In this document: positions 33,374 to 42,772 of the stretch, piece after piece
Layout: every line of letters begins with the position of its first letter
Numbering within the stretch: position 1 is the stretch's first letter
From: an uncultured Myxococcota bacterium
GTDB lineage: Bacteria > Myxococcota_A > UBA796
Direction: 5' to 3'
Assembly: GCA_965661045.1 (NCBI GenBank)
Contig: CBFICN010000002.1
Span: forward strand, 1-62,170
DNA: 62,170 bases
Notes under the pieces: generated by a model
The model's input: the letters and a program-made list of their open reading frames with translations, nothing else
The model's database searches: none
What the model was told of the DNA's origin: nothing
Translations under genes and position numbers: made by a program

Positions 33374-34662
33374 GAGGCCGTTCTCACCAATCGAAATCCA
33401 ATCTTGTATTCTTCGGGGGGCAACATTGGGGCGTGGGCGTTTCGATGACGTCCATTTCGAATGACTTTGTGCGTTCCTTCTTGTGGACCATAAATCGACG
33501 TGTTCTTTGGAACATAGGGCGCCGACCAGTCCCATACCCATTCCCAAATGCTATCCGTGGTGTCACAGATGCCAATGTCGTTGCCCGTTCTTTGGCAAAC
33601 TGGACCGGTTTTGCTCACCGGTACATTCCAAGCGTGGCCCATCGAACCAGTCCAGGCAACACTGTGGTGCGCTGTTCCCCGCATGGCGTATTCCCACTCT
33701 TTTTCAGTGGGTAAGCGCCATCCTGTGCAGGAAGGTTCAATCGAGACGGAATCGCCAGACATGGTGTAACAAGGCGACAGGTTTTCCATTTCCGAGCGCA
33801 GATTGGCAAATACAATTGTGTCCAACCAAGTCATGTTTTGGGCTGGGTAGTCTGACAGATCGGTCGACCAGTGGGTGGAGGCAATGGTTTGCAGTGTCGT
33901 GTTGGGAGAATTGGCTATTGTGGCGTTCCATTCGGATATGGTGACGGGGTGTTTGGTGATCTCGAATTCTTGTGTCAAGTGAACGATGGCAGCCGGTGTG
34001 GTGTTGTCGGTACAGTGAATCGTATCTGGAGGAAATACAGGAAGAAGTGGGTTGGCCAATTGTTTCCATTTGATCGGTGTGCATCCAAATGTAAAGGGCT
34101 CAAGCCTATCAATGGACACCGTTGAGAGTGGTTCAAATTTTGTTTTTGACGTTCGCACTGTTGAGGCATGCATCGCATTGTTCAAAAGCAAACGCACACC
34201 TCCGTCCAGTGCAGTGAGCAATGATTCTGGTGTTTGCCCCGTAACCTCTGTCATTGAGATCAACTCACTGGATTGTGTATTGTACAGTTGCAGCGTACTG
34301 GTGTACAGACTGTCATCAACGAGCACTTCACCCTGAACGATCCAGTCAGCGCCCAATGTGCGTCCTGTTTGAACCGCACAGCCACTGTCTGTGCACACAG
34401 CATTGACACCATTGTCCGATAATATCTCAAGGATGTTGTCTTTTGTCAGCAGACTATAGTCGGATGAAGGCAGCGTTTCGAGGGCGACTGTGCGAGCTCT
34501 ATTGGAGAGTCTATACAGTAATGTATCCAGCGAGTGTTCTTGTTTGGGCTGTGTCTGAGGGTGCGAAACCTGCTGAAACTCTAGAACACCAACCCATAGA
34601 ATGGAGGCTTCGATTTCTGCAAAGGCGAAATTCGAAAACAACAGGGCATTCAGAACGTGCAT
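33358..34662 (-). CDS. Secreted FGE-sulfatase (SUMF1/C-type-lectin-fold) domain protein with N-terminal alpha/beta domain
   Basis: Signal 'LLFSNFAFA'. 'GWRLPTEKEWEYAMRG', 'ICDTTDSIWEWVWDW', 'IGFRLVR'. Confidence 0.8.
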   Translation of the reverse strand: MHVLNALLFSNFAFAEIEASILWVGVLEFQQVSHPQTQPKQEHSLDTLLYRLSNRARTVALETLPSSDYSLLTKDNILEILSDNGVNAVCTDSGCAVQTGRTLGADWIVQGEVLVDDSLYTSTLQLYNTQSSELISMTEVTGQTPESLLTALDGGVRLLLNNAMHASTVRTSKTKFEPLSTVSIDRLEPFTFGCTPIKWKQLANPLLPVFPPDTIHCTDNTTPAAIVHLTQEFEITKHPVTISEWNATIANSPNTTLQTIASTHWSTDLSDYPAQNMTWLDTIVFANLRSEMENLSPCYTMSGDSVSIEPSCTGWRLPTEKEWEYAMRGTAHHSVAWTGSMGHAWNVPVSKTGPVCQRTGNDIGICDTTDSIWEWVWDWSAPYVPKNTSIYGPQEGTHKVIRNGRHRNAHAPMLPPEEYKIGFRLVRTASYSNK

Positions 34663-34670
34663 TTTCTGAA

Positions 34671-35009
34671 TTACTTTTTGGGTAGCAACTCACCTTCAGG
34701 ATCAAGGTTCATTGGTAGGTAGGGGATTTGTACATCGAGTGGTTCTAGGACGATGGTTGGAATGGTGACCATTGTGCCAGAGACTTCGAATGTATTGTCA
34801 TAAAAGGAATAGCCCTTAGCGGTACAGCGTATTGTGTATTCTCCCTTACTGACGTCGAGATTGTCAAAGGTGAAGACACCAACGTCATTGCTTTCCACTT
34901 GCTGGTTATCAAAACTACAGGAAGCACCCGAGATCGCTTCTTGCGATGCGTTTTTGATTGTGCCAGTGATCGTGTGTGTTGAGCATGCTGCCAATAGCCA
35001 GATCATCAT
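34671..35009 (-). CDS. Carboxypeptidase-regulatory-like domain lipoprotein
   Basis: Lipobox 'WLLAAC'. 'ITGTIKNASQEAISGASC...NDVGVFTFDNLDVSKGEYTIRCTAKGY' fits the CarboxypepD_reg pattern. The start ATGATG overlaps the upstream TGA. Confidence 0.7.
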   Translation of the reverse strand: MMIWLLAACSTHTITGTIKNASQEAISGASCSFDNQQVESNDVGVFTFDNLDVSKGEYTIRCTAKGYSFYDNTFEVSGTMVTIPTIVLEPLDVQIPYLPMNLDPEGELLPKK

Positions 35010-38000
35010 ACATTGCCTCGTTGAAGCTGTTGCATTTTCGATTCGGCCTGCTCAAACAGAGAGCGCAGTTTGGCTCTTCGAGCTTCACGTTGCACTTTTC
35101 GAAACTGCGTTAGACTTTGAAGTCGAGAGTCCTCAGAGCCACTTTCCAGAAAACTGACATAGGAGAGGTGGGCAACGATGTTGTCTCTTTGTGCGCGTAA
35201 AACCATCAATTGACTGCGTTCGACGTTGGCCCAGTTCAGTTCTGCTTGCATCAAGTATTCTCGAGCACCGTCTAAATTCTGAACGTTGAACTGATGCTGT
35301 GCCATGGCCAGTAGGTAAATCGGTTTGTGCGCGTTGGTCTCTACCGACAGCAACTGTTCCAAACTATTGCCAATCAACTCAGCATCACCACTCTGTTGGG
35401 CGTGGGTGAGCAGAATGGCGTTGGCGCGAGTGAATGATGCATCGTCTGCTTCTACGCTCTGTAGGCGCTCAATCGAATAGTCGTTGAGTTTTCCCTGAAC
35501 CGCGTTGGAGGACCAATTTCGATAATCGGTTGCGGATATAGGGCGAGGTGTATCCTCTATTGGTTCTGGCTGTGCAACTGTAGAGCCTGTAGATTCATTT
35601 GTTGCATCCGCTTGTGACGTCTCAGTTTCCATCTCTGAAGGGGGTACTTCGGAGACGGGCTCTGCTGATGTAGGTTCTTCGGTTCCGCTGTCCGCGGTTG
35701 TGGGTGGAGTATCTTCGACTTCGACAGGATCTGCGTCCTGTTGTTGCTCTGTCATTGCCTGTGCCCCAAGAGGCTTAGTGGCTGTTGTGGCTGTTGTTGG
35801 CACTTGCTCTGCGACTTCTACGACTGGTTCTGTGGCCACTGGGGAAACTTTTTGCGCTGGTGCTTTGTTTTTTTCTGTGTTTTCTGTGCTCATTTGATCC
35901 ACGGTCGGTGTAGTGGAGGTCTTTGCTTTGAGTGGAGCCTCCACAGGCAACGGGCGTTTCTTCTTTGGGGTAGGGAGCGTTTGAACAGTGATTTCTTGTA
36001 GACTTGCGTCTTGTACCGTCTCTTTTTGAGTTGCAAAAGGGGAGGCAACAGTGGGAGCGACTGGTTTCTTGGCAGGCTTTGTTTCAACAGTCTTTGTCTT
36101 AACAGTTGTTGCCTTCGGTTGTGTACTGGGTTTACTGGCTTGTCGCTGTTTGAGTGTCTTAGCCTTGACGCGAGGAGGTGCTGTCTTTTTCGACACCGTT
36201 TTTCGTACAGTGTTCTTCTTGGAAACGGCTGGGGTAGAAGGTTCGACTACTGTAGTGGAGGCAATGTTCTGGTCCGTTTTGACACTGAGTTCATCGTCAT
36301 TGCTAGTGGTTGCAACCGCAGTCTGTATGCTTTCGGTGTTTGTTGTGTCCGGATCAATTTTGTCGACGGAATCTTCAGTTTCAACCGGAATGTCATTTGC
36401 GTTTTTCGTTTGGGCTTCATCGATCAACACCGCCGGCTCAACAGTGTCATTTTGATGCAGTGCGGCCCAAGCGCCACCAGCCACAACCGCCGCGCTGGCT
36501 GCCCACACCCATTTTGGAATCCCGTTGTCGACACTGGAAGGAGAGGGCTGTTTCTGCTCGTTGGACCGGTCTGCAGATGCAGAATTTGGGGCGTTCACAA
36601 ACCAAGATTCTGACATGTCTGCTTCATCAAGGGCGCTTTGGACCTCTTCTGCAGGAATGTCCAATGTCCCCAGCAACGAGGAGCGTGAAAATATGTCTGT
36701 GGCAAAGTCTCCATCATCATCGAGGGCCGGTATCTCTTGGGATGGCTCTTCCAATGTGAATTCATCGAGTTCATCAATGTCTTGGTATTGGGCCTCCTCT
36801 ACCAAAGAATCTTCTTTCCCATGATTTTCTAGCAGGAAGTCCAGCGTTTCATTGTTGTTTTCGAGATCGTTGTCTACGTTCTCATTCGATGGAGGGTTCA
36901 TGTTTGAGGCAGAGGACATCGAAAAGACTTCGGTTTCTTCATCGAACTCAGTGACATCATCCAAATCAGACTTAGACTTCGGTTCCAGTGAAAACAGCAA
37001 CACTTCATCGTCGTCTTCAAAGTCCGATATCTCTTCAGTCTCATTCAACGTCTCCGACCTATCCGGAGTTGCTCGGAGCATGTCTGATTGCGTCAACGGC
37101 ATGGTATCTTCTGGCTCATTGAACCAGTCGTCCAATGATCCTTCGCCAAACATTTCAGGTGTGAGTGTAGCAGAGGTATCTTCTTGGGGAGGCTCTTGTG
37201 TAGGTGATTCGCCCATCGCATCGCTTTCTGCATCAATATCGAGTGGGTTTTGATTGGCCTCTACCTCGACTTCGACGTCGACGTCGGCGTCGCCCCCCAT
37301 ATTTGTACGAGCATCAACAGTTTGGAGGTTTGAGTTGTCAGAGTCTAGAGAACCAGGGTCTTCTGCCAACCAGCCATCAATATCTACATCTTCCCAATCA
37401 TCTTCGAGTTCCCAATCGAAATCTTTTGAGTCAGGGTCGTTCAACGTTGTCTCTTGTGTAGCGGGTTCTGACTTGGAGATGAAACTTACGGGTTCGGGCA
37501 GTTCATCACCAATCGCATCGTCCAGACCACCCATGGAGTCCAGTTCTACCACTGCGCTCAGAGCACTATCTGCGTCCTTAGAAGGACTTTCCAGTGGCAA
37601 CTCTTCAGAGGATTCTTCGATGTTTGTTTGATCAATCGCCGTACTCCAGTCAGCCTGTACGTCGTGCCAAGCATCTTCAGCCAACATCATCTTGATTCTA
37701 CGTCGCATCTTCTTAAGGGAGGACGTCTGAATTTTTTTCAATGTGTCCGCTTCATTTGGTTGATTGAAAATGCTTGCAAGCAGCGTTTGGAGGGCCGTGA
37801 GATCTTCAGATGGCGTTTGGGACGTTGGAGAAATACCACCCAAGACCAATTTGTTGTCCGCATCAATGGACAGACACTGTAAACTCAATCCTCCATGGGA
37901 GATTCCAACGAATGTGTGTAGGTTTTCAACCAGTTTTACCAGTTGTTGGGCGACGAAAAGTTTGGCCCGCGTGGTGGGCTGGGTTTTGAAGAAATCTTCA

Positions 38001-38212
38001 AGGCTTCGAATGCCTCGAGGTTCTTTCAGAAAAATGTCACCATTTGCGATTCGAACGATCTCCGGCACGGCAATTTGTTTGTTCTGACAGTCTTGCAATT
38101 GTTGAATCATGGCTTCAATATTGGTAAACCCCATTGAAGAGACCGGTCGATACAAATAATGCGCGCTACCTTCTTGCAGGGTGCTCCAACCATGAGTATT
38201 CTGTGTTTGCAT
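35006..38212 (-). CDS. Large single-pass membrane protein: degenerate kinase-like N-terminus, acidic disordered region, TM, Pro/Thr-rich spacer, TPR-like C-terminus
   Basis: 'GISHGGLSLQCLSIDADNKLVLGGIS' occupies the place of HRDLKPxN...DFG with the catalytic residues replaced. TM 'IPKWVWAASAAVVAGGAWAAL'. The kinase homology is tentative. Confidence 0.55.
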   Translation of the reverse strand: MQTQNTHGWSTLQEGSAHYLYRPVSSMGFTNIEAMIQQLQDCQNKQIAVPEIVRIANGDIFLKEPRGIRSLEDFFKTQPTTRAKLFVAQQLVKLVENLHTFVGISHGGLSLQCLSIDADNKLVLGGISPTSQTPSEDLTALQTLLASIFNQPNEADTLKKIQTSSLKKMRRRIKMMLAEDAWHDVQADWSTAIDQTNIEESSEELPLESPSKDADSALSAVVELDSMGGLDDAIGDELPEPVSFISKSEPATQETTLNDPDSKDFDWELEDDWEDVDIDGWLAEDPGSLDSDNSNLQTVDARTNMGGDADVDVEVEVEANQNPLDIDAESDAMGESPTQEPPQEDTSATLTPEMFGEGSLDDWFNEPEDTMPLTQSDMLRATPDRSETLNETEEISDFEDDDEVLLFSLEPKSKSDLDDVTEFDEETEVFSMSSASNMNPPSNENVDNDLENNNETLDFLLENHGKEDSLVEEAQYQDIDELDEFTLEEPSQEIPALDDDGDFATDIFSRSSLLGTLDIPAEEVQSALDEADMSESWFVNAPNSASADRSNEQKQPSPSSVDNGIPKWVWAASAAVVAGGAWAALHQNDTVEPAVLIDEAQTKNANDIPVETEDSVDKIDPDTTNTESIQTAVATTSNDDELSVKTDQNIASTTVVEPSTPAVSKKNTVRKTVSKKTAPPRVKAKTLKQRQASKPSTQPKATTVKTKTVETKPAKKPVAPTVASPFATQKETVQDASLQEITVQTLPTPKKKRPLPVEAPLKAKTSTTPTVDQMSTENTEKNKAPAQKVSPVATEPVVEVAEQVPTTATTATKPLGAQAMTEQQQDADPVEVEDTPPTTADSGTEEPTSAEPVSEVPPSEMETETSQADATNESTGSTVAQPEPIEDTPRPISATDYRNWSSNAVQGKLNDYSIERLQSVEADDASFTRANAILLTHAQQSGDAELIGNSLEQLLSVETNAHKPIYLLAMAQHQFNVQNLDGAREYLMQAELNWANVERSQLMVLRAQRDNIVAHLSYVSFLESGSEDSRLQSLTQFRKVQREARRAKLRSLFEQAESKMQQLQRGNV

Positions 38213-38291
38213 ATTGTCTGTCCTACCGTTGAGCAGTGGTTCGCTGTGTTTATTGCACTATATCTGACATTTGTGTCAAAGGAGTCAAAAT

Positions 38292-38795
38292 ATGGGTTGG
38301 GGAATCTTTGCTTTTTGGCTTTTGGGCCTGGGATGCAGTGTACACTATAATGCAAAAGGACTTGTTTTTCAAGATGCGGCACCAGGAGGAATGACCTCTG
38401 GACCCCTGTTTATGGGTACATCTGAAGGAAAAGTGCTTCGTTTACATTTGGGTGACGATGCCAAGTATTTTGAATTTTTGATCGGGTGTGGTGCAGAGGT
38501 GGAAGGTGCTCGACTGGGGCGACAGTTGTGGGTCGATAGTTGGACCATTGTTGATGCGGGGGATGGGTCAGCGCCTTTCCTTGGAGTATTGGTGGAAAAG
38601 TATGGTCGATTGATGATTCACGACATCAACACCGATACAGAGGTTGAACTGCTGGTTGATGCGTTGGATGTGGACGTCTGGTCTCTGCTAGGTCAGCCGA
38701 TACTGGTCACCGGAATTGTTGTGGGACAGCATCAAGTTCGGGTGATGTCTGTCAAGTTACTGTCAGTAGACAAGGCTTCATCGGACGAGCCTTGA
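38292..38795 (+). CDS. Hypothetical lipoprotein
   Basis: AAGGAG RBS then ATG 38292. Lipobox 'WLLGLGC'. No family recognised. Confidence 0.65.
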   Translation: MGWGIFAFWLLGLGCSVHYNAKGLVFQDAAPGGMTSGPLFMGTSEGKVLRLHLGDDAKYFEFLIGCGAEVEGARLGRQLWVDSWTIVDAGDGSAPFLGVLVEKYGRLMIHDINTDTEVELLVDALDVDVWSLLGQPILVTGIVVGQHQVRVMSVKLLSVDKASSDEP

Positions 38796-38888
38796 ATATG
38801 GGTGGTCGGACAATTACAATCAGAGGTGGCCGTATAAACACCGAAGATCCACAGCGCTTGATAGCGTATACATTCCTTGGATAAATAG

Positions 38889-41111
38889 ATGAGCATTTTT
38901 GATGAAGAAACGTCGCTGGACATTCAGCAACATACTCGTTGTGTAGAGTGCTTTGTTGAGTATCCGACAGAAATCAAGATACCATTCTTGTTGTGCGATG
39001 ATTGTCAGCATCGAGGGCATTTGGCCTCGTTGCCCAAACAAAGTTTTCGTTATCGAAAATCGTCTACTGGGCGAGAACAAGTGGAACGGCATGCAGAGAT
39101 TCTTCGAAAAGTGGGGCAAGGACGACTGTCTGGTGACTTGGAAGTGTACACCGTAGCAGACGGTCAATGGGAATGGGTGAACGGTACCGAGTCCGTACAC
39201 TTTGCGAGTGTATCGATTGGAGGCAGCCGTGACGCAGGATTGATCGAAGAAAAGCGGCGAACGGAGAAAAAACTGCTTTCACAGAATAAATGGCGACGTC
39301 GTTGGCGTGTAATCCGAACATTTGTGGGGATGGTTGCTGTACTTGGATTGGCGTACACCGGTTGGGAGAAGGGGTGGTTTGTCGTCGATTCTGATCCATT
39401 TGCAGTGCAGCAAGGGGATGACTTGCCCGTGCCGGAAGATTTATTGTTGGCACTTCAGGAACAGGCGCCCATAGAATCCGGAACAGTGACGTTGGAACAG
39501 GCTTTTCTCGATTCTGCTCAGCGTCCCATATTGGAAAGAATTCTTCGAGCAGACCTGCGTGGGAACCCTCGGCAAGGAACGGAACTGCTTCAATGGTTGC
39601 AACTTCGTTTACGGATGCACAACCCTAGGTTGGGGGACTTTGCTTTTCCAATGTCGTGGCTTCAGTTTGCATTGTCTTTACACCACGATGCAGATTTGGG
39701 ACATCGATTGAGGGCCTTTTGGTACCTCTCTCAAGGAGATGCGGATTCGATGCAGCAAAGTTTGAGTCTGTGTTCTGAAGATCAGTGGTGCAAGGCGCTT
39801 ACAAACGCCAAGGAAAATGGTTCCGACACGTCTGCGATAGGGGTTCAGATGGCGGCTGAATATGCACTGTCTTTCAACGAGTCAGACCGCTGGTTGGAAC
39901 TCGCAGAGATGGCGAGAAAACAAGGACTGATTGCGTTGGCGCAGTTGTTGGAAGCCGAATATGTTATTGCAAAGGGCAATTGGAAAGACGCGCAATCCAA
40001 CGTGGCATCCCTACAAAGTACATCTTGGAAAACCCTTCGACTGCAGTTGTGGCAGCACCGCTATGATCCATCGTTTCTCACAACGGTTGCCGAGAGTCAA
40101 AAAATGCCTCTCTGGGAAGCGGCTTCTGTGCAAACTCAGGGTGCGTGGGCGTTGGCACAATCAGCGTCGTGGTTGCGCGCCGGTCAACCAAATGCGGGAA
40201 GAGAAATCGCGTCTTGGGTACAGGCTGACACTTGGTTTGAGGGTGACTTTCCTGAGTTGTTGCTGGCCAACCGATTTCGTTTAATTCAGGCACAAGATTT
40301 GATTCACAAGGGAGAGTCTAAGCGCGCCATTGAAGTGCTGTCGGAAATCCAGTCCAACTTTGAAGACCCGTTGCTCAATTTTTGGCTCGGCTTACAGTGG
40401 GTGCAACTGGATCGTTTGCGCAATGCAGTTTCCATCGCTGATTCAATGGATGAGTTTACCCCCCACCACTGGATGTTGAAAGTGGTCATTGCAATTCAGT
40501 CACAGAGTCCTGAACTGCTGGAACAATCTTTGGAGCGCGTTGCCCAAACAGATGTGTCGTTGTTGGCGGAACGGACAATGCACCAGCAATGGGTTCCCAA
40601 GTTTAATTGGATCCCTCTGCTACAAAAGGGTGAGGGAATGGCTCAGACCGGCAAAGTACAAGATCAATTTGCAATCGTATTGCTGTGGCTTCAGTCCATC
40701 ATAGACGATCAGCCACAATACAACCCAAATCAAATCCGCCACACCGATCGATGGGAAACGGGGTGGTTGGTGCGTGCGCAGTATGCATATCAGAAGGGTC
40801 AATTTGATGAAGCCCACCGGCTGCTTGAACGGTATCGAAGACTGAAACCAGATGGGGTGTCGGGTGAAATTCTCAGTCAACTCATCAATATTGAGATAGG
40901 TCGAGCGGACATTGCCAAGCGCGAACTGGCTTTGATTGCACAACGTGAACGAAGTCCGGTGTGGGGGCACTGGCTATCCGTTGGATTTGCGAAGGTTGAC
41001 GATGTCGAGAATGCTGAATCTGCAAGGCGTCGTTGGTATCGTGAACCACCGCCTAGAAACCTCAGTACAGACAATTACTTCCTGTTTGACGAGTTGCCCC
41101 ATGACGAATGA
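38889..41111 (+). CDS. Membrane protein with N-terminal CxxC...CxxC zinc-ribbon, one TM and a large TPR-like helical domain
   Basis: 'RCVECFVEYPTEIKIPFLLCDDCQHRGH'. TM 'IRTFVGMVAVLGLAYTGW'. Helical-repeat-like remainder. Confidence 0.65.
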   Translation: MSIFDEETSLDIQQHTRCVECFVEYPTEIKIPFLLCDDCQHRGHLASLPKQSFRYRKSSTGREQVERHAEILRKVGQGRLSGDLEVYTVADGQWEWVNGTESVHFASVSIGGSRDAGLIEEKRRTEKKLLSQNKWRRRWRVIRTFVGMVAVLGLAYTGWEKGWFVVDSDPFAVQQGDDLPVPEDLLLALQEQAPIESGTVTLEQAFLDSAQRPILERILRADLRGNPRQGTELLQWLQLRLRMHNPRLGDFAFPMSWLQFALSLHHDADLGHRLRAFWYLSQGDADSMQQSLSLCSEDQWCKALTNAKENGSDTSAIGVQMAAEYALSFNESDRWLELAEMARKQGLIALAQLLEAEYVIAKGNWKDAQSNVASLQSTSWKTLRLQLWQHRYDPSFLTTVAESQKMPLWEAASVQTQGAWALAQSASWLRAGQPNAGREIASWVQADTWFEGDFPELLLANRFRLIQAQDLIHKGESKRAIEVLSEIQSNFEDPLLNFWLGLQWVQLDRLRNAVSIADSMDEFTPHHWMLKVVIAIQSQSPELLEQSLERVAQTDVSLLAERTMHQQWVPKFNWIPLLQKGEGMAQTGKVQDQFAIVLLWLQSIIDDQPQYNPNQIRHTDRWETGWLVRAQYAYQKGQFDEAHRLLERYRRLKPDGVSGEILSQLINIEIGRADIAKRELALIAQRERSPVWGHWLSVGFAKVDDVENAESARRRWYREPPPRNLSTDNYFLFDELPHDE

Positions 41112-41655
41112 CTACGCTTCGATGTATTTGGATGTGCCGAGTCGTTATCACCCGGCGAAAATAGAGCGTCTGTTGGTTCGTTCTAAGGTTCTCGAGTGGG
41201 ACAGGTCGATGCATCCGCTGTTGGAGTTGGATTTGACCGGTGCGGGACCCCATTTGTTTCAGCAAGTGGCCCACCACTCTTATATGGGGGCCATCCCGTT
41301 TGAGATTTGGGTCTTTGGGCAGGGCGCCATTCAGATTTTTCAGTTTGATTCACCACCCCACGCATTTACGATGGGAGCCTTGTGTGGGATGCCAGGTGTA
41401 GACCAAGTTGCTGTGATGGGACCGATTGTAAAACGAGAGCGTGGCAACAGTCAATCCATGGCACACGTATACTTGGAAGACCAGGAAGGGCGCTGGTGGT
41501 TTGGGGTGCAGGCTTTGAACATCGACGGAAGTGTGGTGTTTGATGAACCCGCCGTGTCCAAACTCAGAAGCGATGGGAAGCCACTGGGGGTTGGTGGGTG
41601 GTTTGCACTCAGTCGCCGATTGGGATTGCGTGCTACAGTCTCCAGCGTGGAGTAG
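41101..41655 (+). CDS. Hypothetical protein
   Basis: An in-frame ATG at 41101 overlaps the upstream stop (41109-41111). No signal peptide and no recognisable motif. Confidence 0.5.
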   Translation: MTNDYASMYLDVPSRYHPAKIERLLVRSKVLEWDRSMHPLLELDLTGAGPHLFQQVAHHSYMGAIPFEIWVFGQGAIQIFQFDSPPHAFTMGALCGMPGVDQVAVMGPIVKRERGNSQSMAHVYLEDQEGRWWFGVQALNIDGSVVFDEPAVSKLRSDGKPLGVGGWFALSRRLGLRATVSSVE

Positions 41656-41739
41656 GTGGTGACCCACTGTCGGAGATGAAACTGTCGGAACCATCATGCG
41701 ATGGGTTACACTAGTCTATACAGCTAGCTGGAGGTCAAA

Positions 41740-42726
41740 ATGTGGTGGTTGCTGGCATGTCAGTCACAAAAAGATACGGGGCACGATCCGGATCAGGTCG
41801 AGTGGGTTGATACAGCCGACCCTTCAACCGAGCCCTTAGAAGAGGTTGACGCTGATGGTGATGGGTATCCACTTTGGTCCAGCACCTTAGACGTTGCGAT
41901 TGCCGATTGTGACGATGCAGATCCTTTCGTCACGCCATTGACTGAGCGATTCATTCCAGTTGGTACCTTTCTCAGAGGAGAAGACAACACACCATGGAGC
42001 GGTCCTCAACGCGCAATTACACTGTCTGATTATTGCATTGATACATATGAGGTGACCAACGACCAGTTCATTCTATTTTTGGAAGCGCAGTTTGAAAGGG
42101 GCTTTGACAACGTGACCGAAGAGGGGTTGGAACTGTATGACTTTGATGACGATGACGACGTATTCCCCGAGAGAATATTGAGGACTCAAGATGGCTTTGA
42201 CAGCATGGATGGCTATGCAGAACACCCTGTGACAGAAGTGTTTAAATGGTCCGGGGATGCCTATTGCGCTTGGCGTGGGCAGACTCTACCCACCGAAGCA
42301 CAGTGGGAAAAAGCCGCACGTGGAACCGATGGTTGGCAGTTTCCATGGGGAAATGATGAACCAACCTGTGATTTGACCAATTTTGGTTTCATTGGAGAAC
42401 AGTGCATTGGAGATACCGCGCCCGTCGGCAGTTATCCTATGGGAGCATCGCCCTATGGTGTGGAAGACATGGCAGGCAACGTCGCAGAGTGGGTGTCGGA
42501 TTGGTTTGGGATGGACTACTACGCCGAGTCGACGGACGTAGACCCCACCGGTCCAGAAAGTGGTTGGTTTGACGACGGTCAAGGCAACGCTTTTGAGGCG
42601 AGGGTTGTCCGCTCTGGCAATTACGCAACCGGCGTGGGTGATATCCAAACCCATTACCGACAGCCTGAACCCTTGGAGGCCAGCAGCAACGGAATTGGTT
42701 TTCGGTGTGTACGTACACTTGAGTGA
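41740..42726 (+). CDS. FGE-sulfatase (SUMF1-like) domain lipoprotein with one N-terminal MopE-like half motif
   Basis: GGAGG RBS. Lipobox 'MWWLLAC'. 'DADGDGYPLW...DCDDADPFVTP'; 'LPTEAQWEKAARG', 'GVEDMAGNVAEWVSDW', 'RVVRSGNY', 'IGFRCVR'. Confidence 0.85.
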   Translation: MWWLLACQSQKDTGHDPDQVEWVDTADPSTEPLEEVDADGDGYPLWSSTLDVAIADCDDADPFVTPLTERFIPVGTFLRGEDNTPWSGPQRAITLSDYCIDTYEVTNDQFILFLEAQFERGFDNVTEEGLELYDFDDDDDVFPERILRTQDGFDSMDGYAEHPVTEVFKWSGDAYCAWRGQTLPTEAQWEKAARGTDGWQFPWGNDEPTCDLTNFGFIGEQCIGDTAPVGSYPMGASPYGVEDMAGNVAEWVSDWFGMDYYAESTDVDPTGPESGWFDDGQGNAFEARVVRSGNYATGVGDIQTHYRQPEPLEASSNGIGFRCVRTLE

Positions 42727-42772
42727 TGTGTGCTGCAATGGTTGACGGGCAAATATACGTTACAATAGGTTT

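Noticed and set aside
33358-42726. Possibility that the two FGE-sulfatase (C-type-lectin-fold) genes are variable-protein targets of a diversity-generating retroelement.
   Set aside because: No ORF of 60 aa or more shows reverse-transcriptase motifs. The C-terminal regions are not Asn/AAC-rich. I saw no template-repeat-like second copy of either 3' end, though this was checked only by eye; a self-alignment of the window would settle it.
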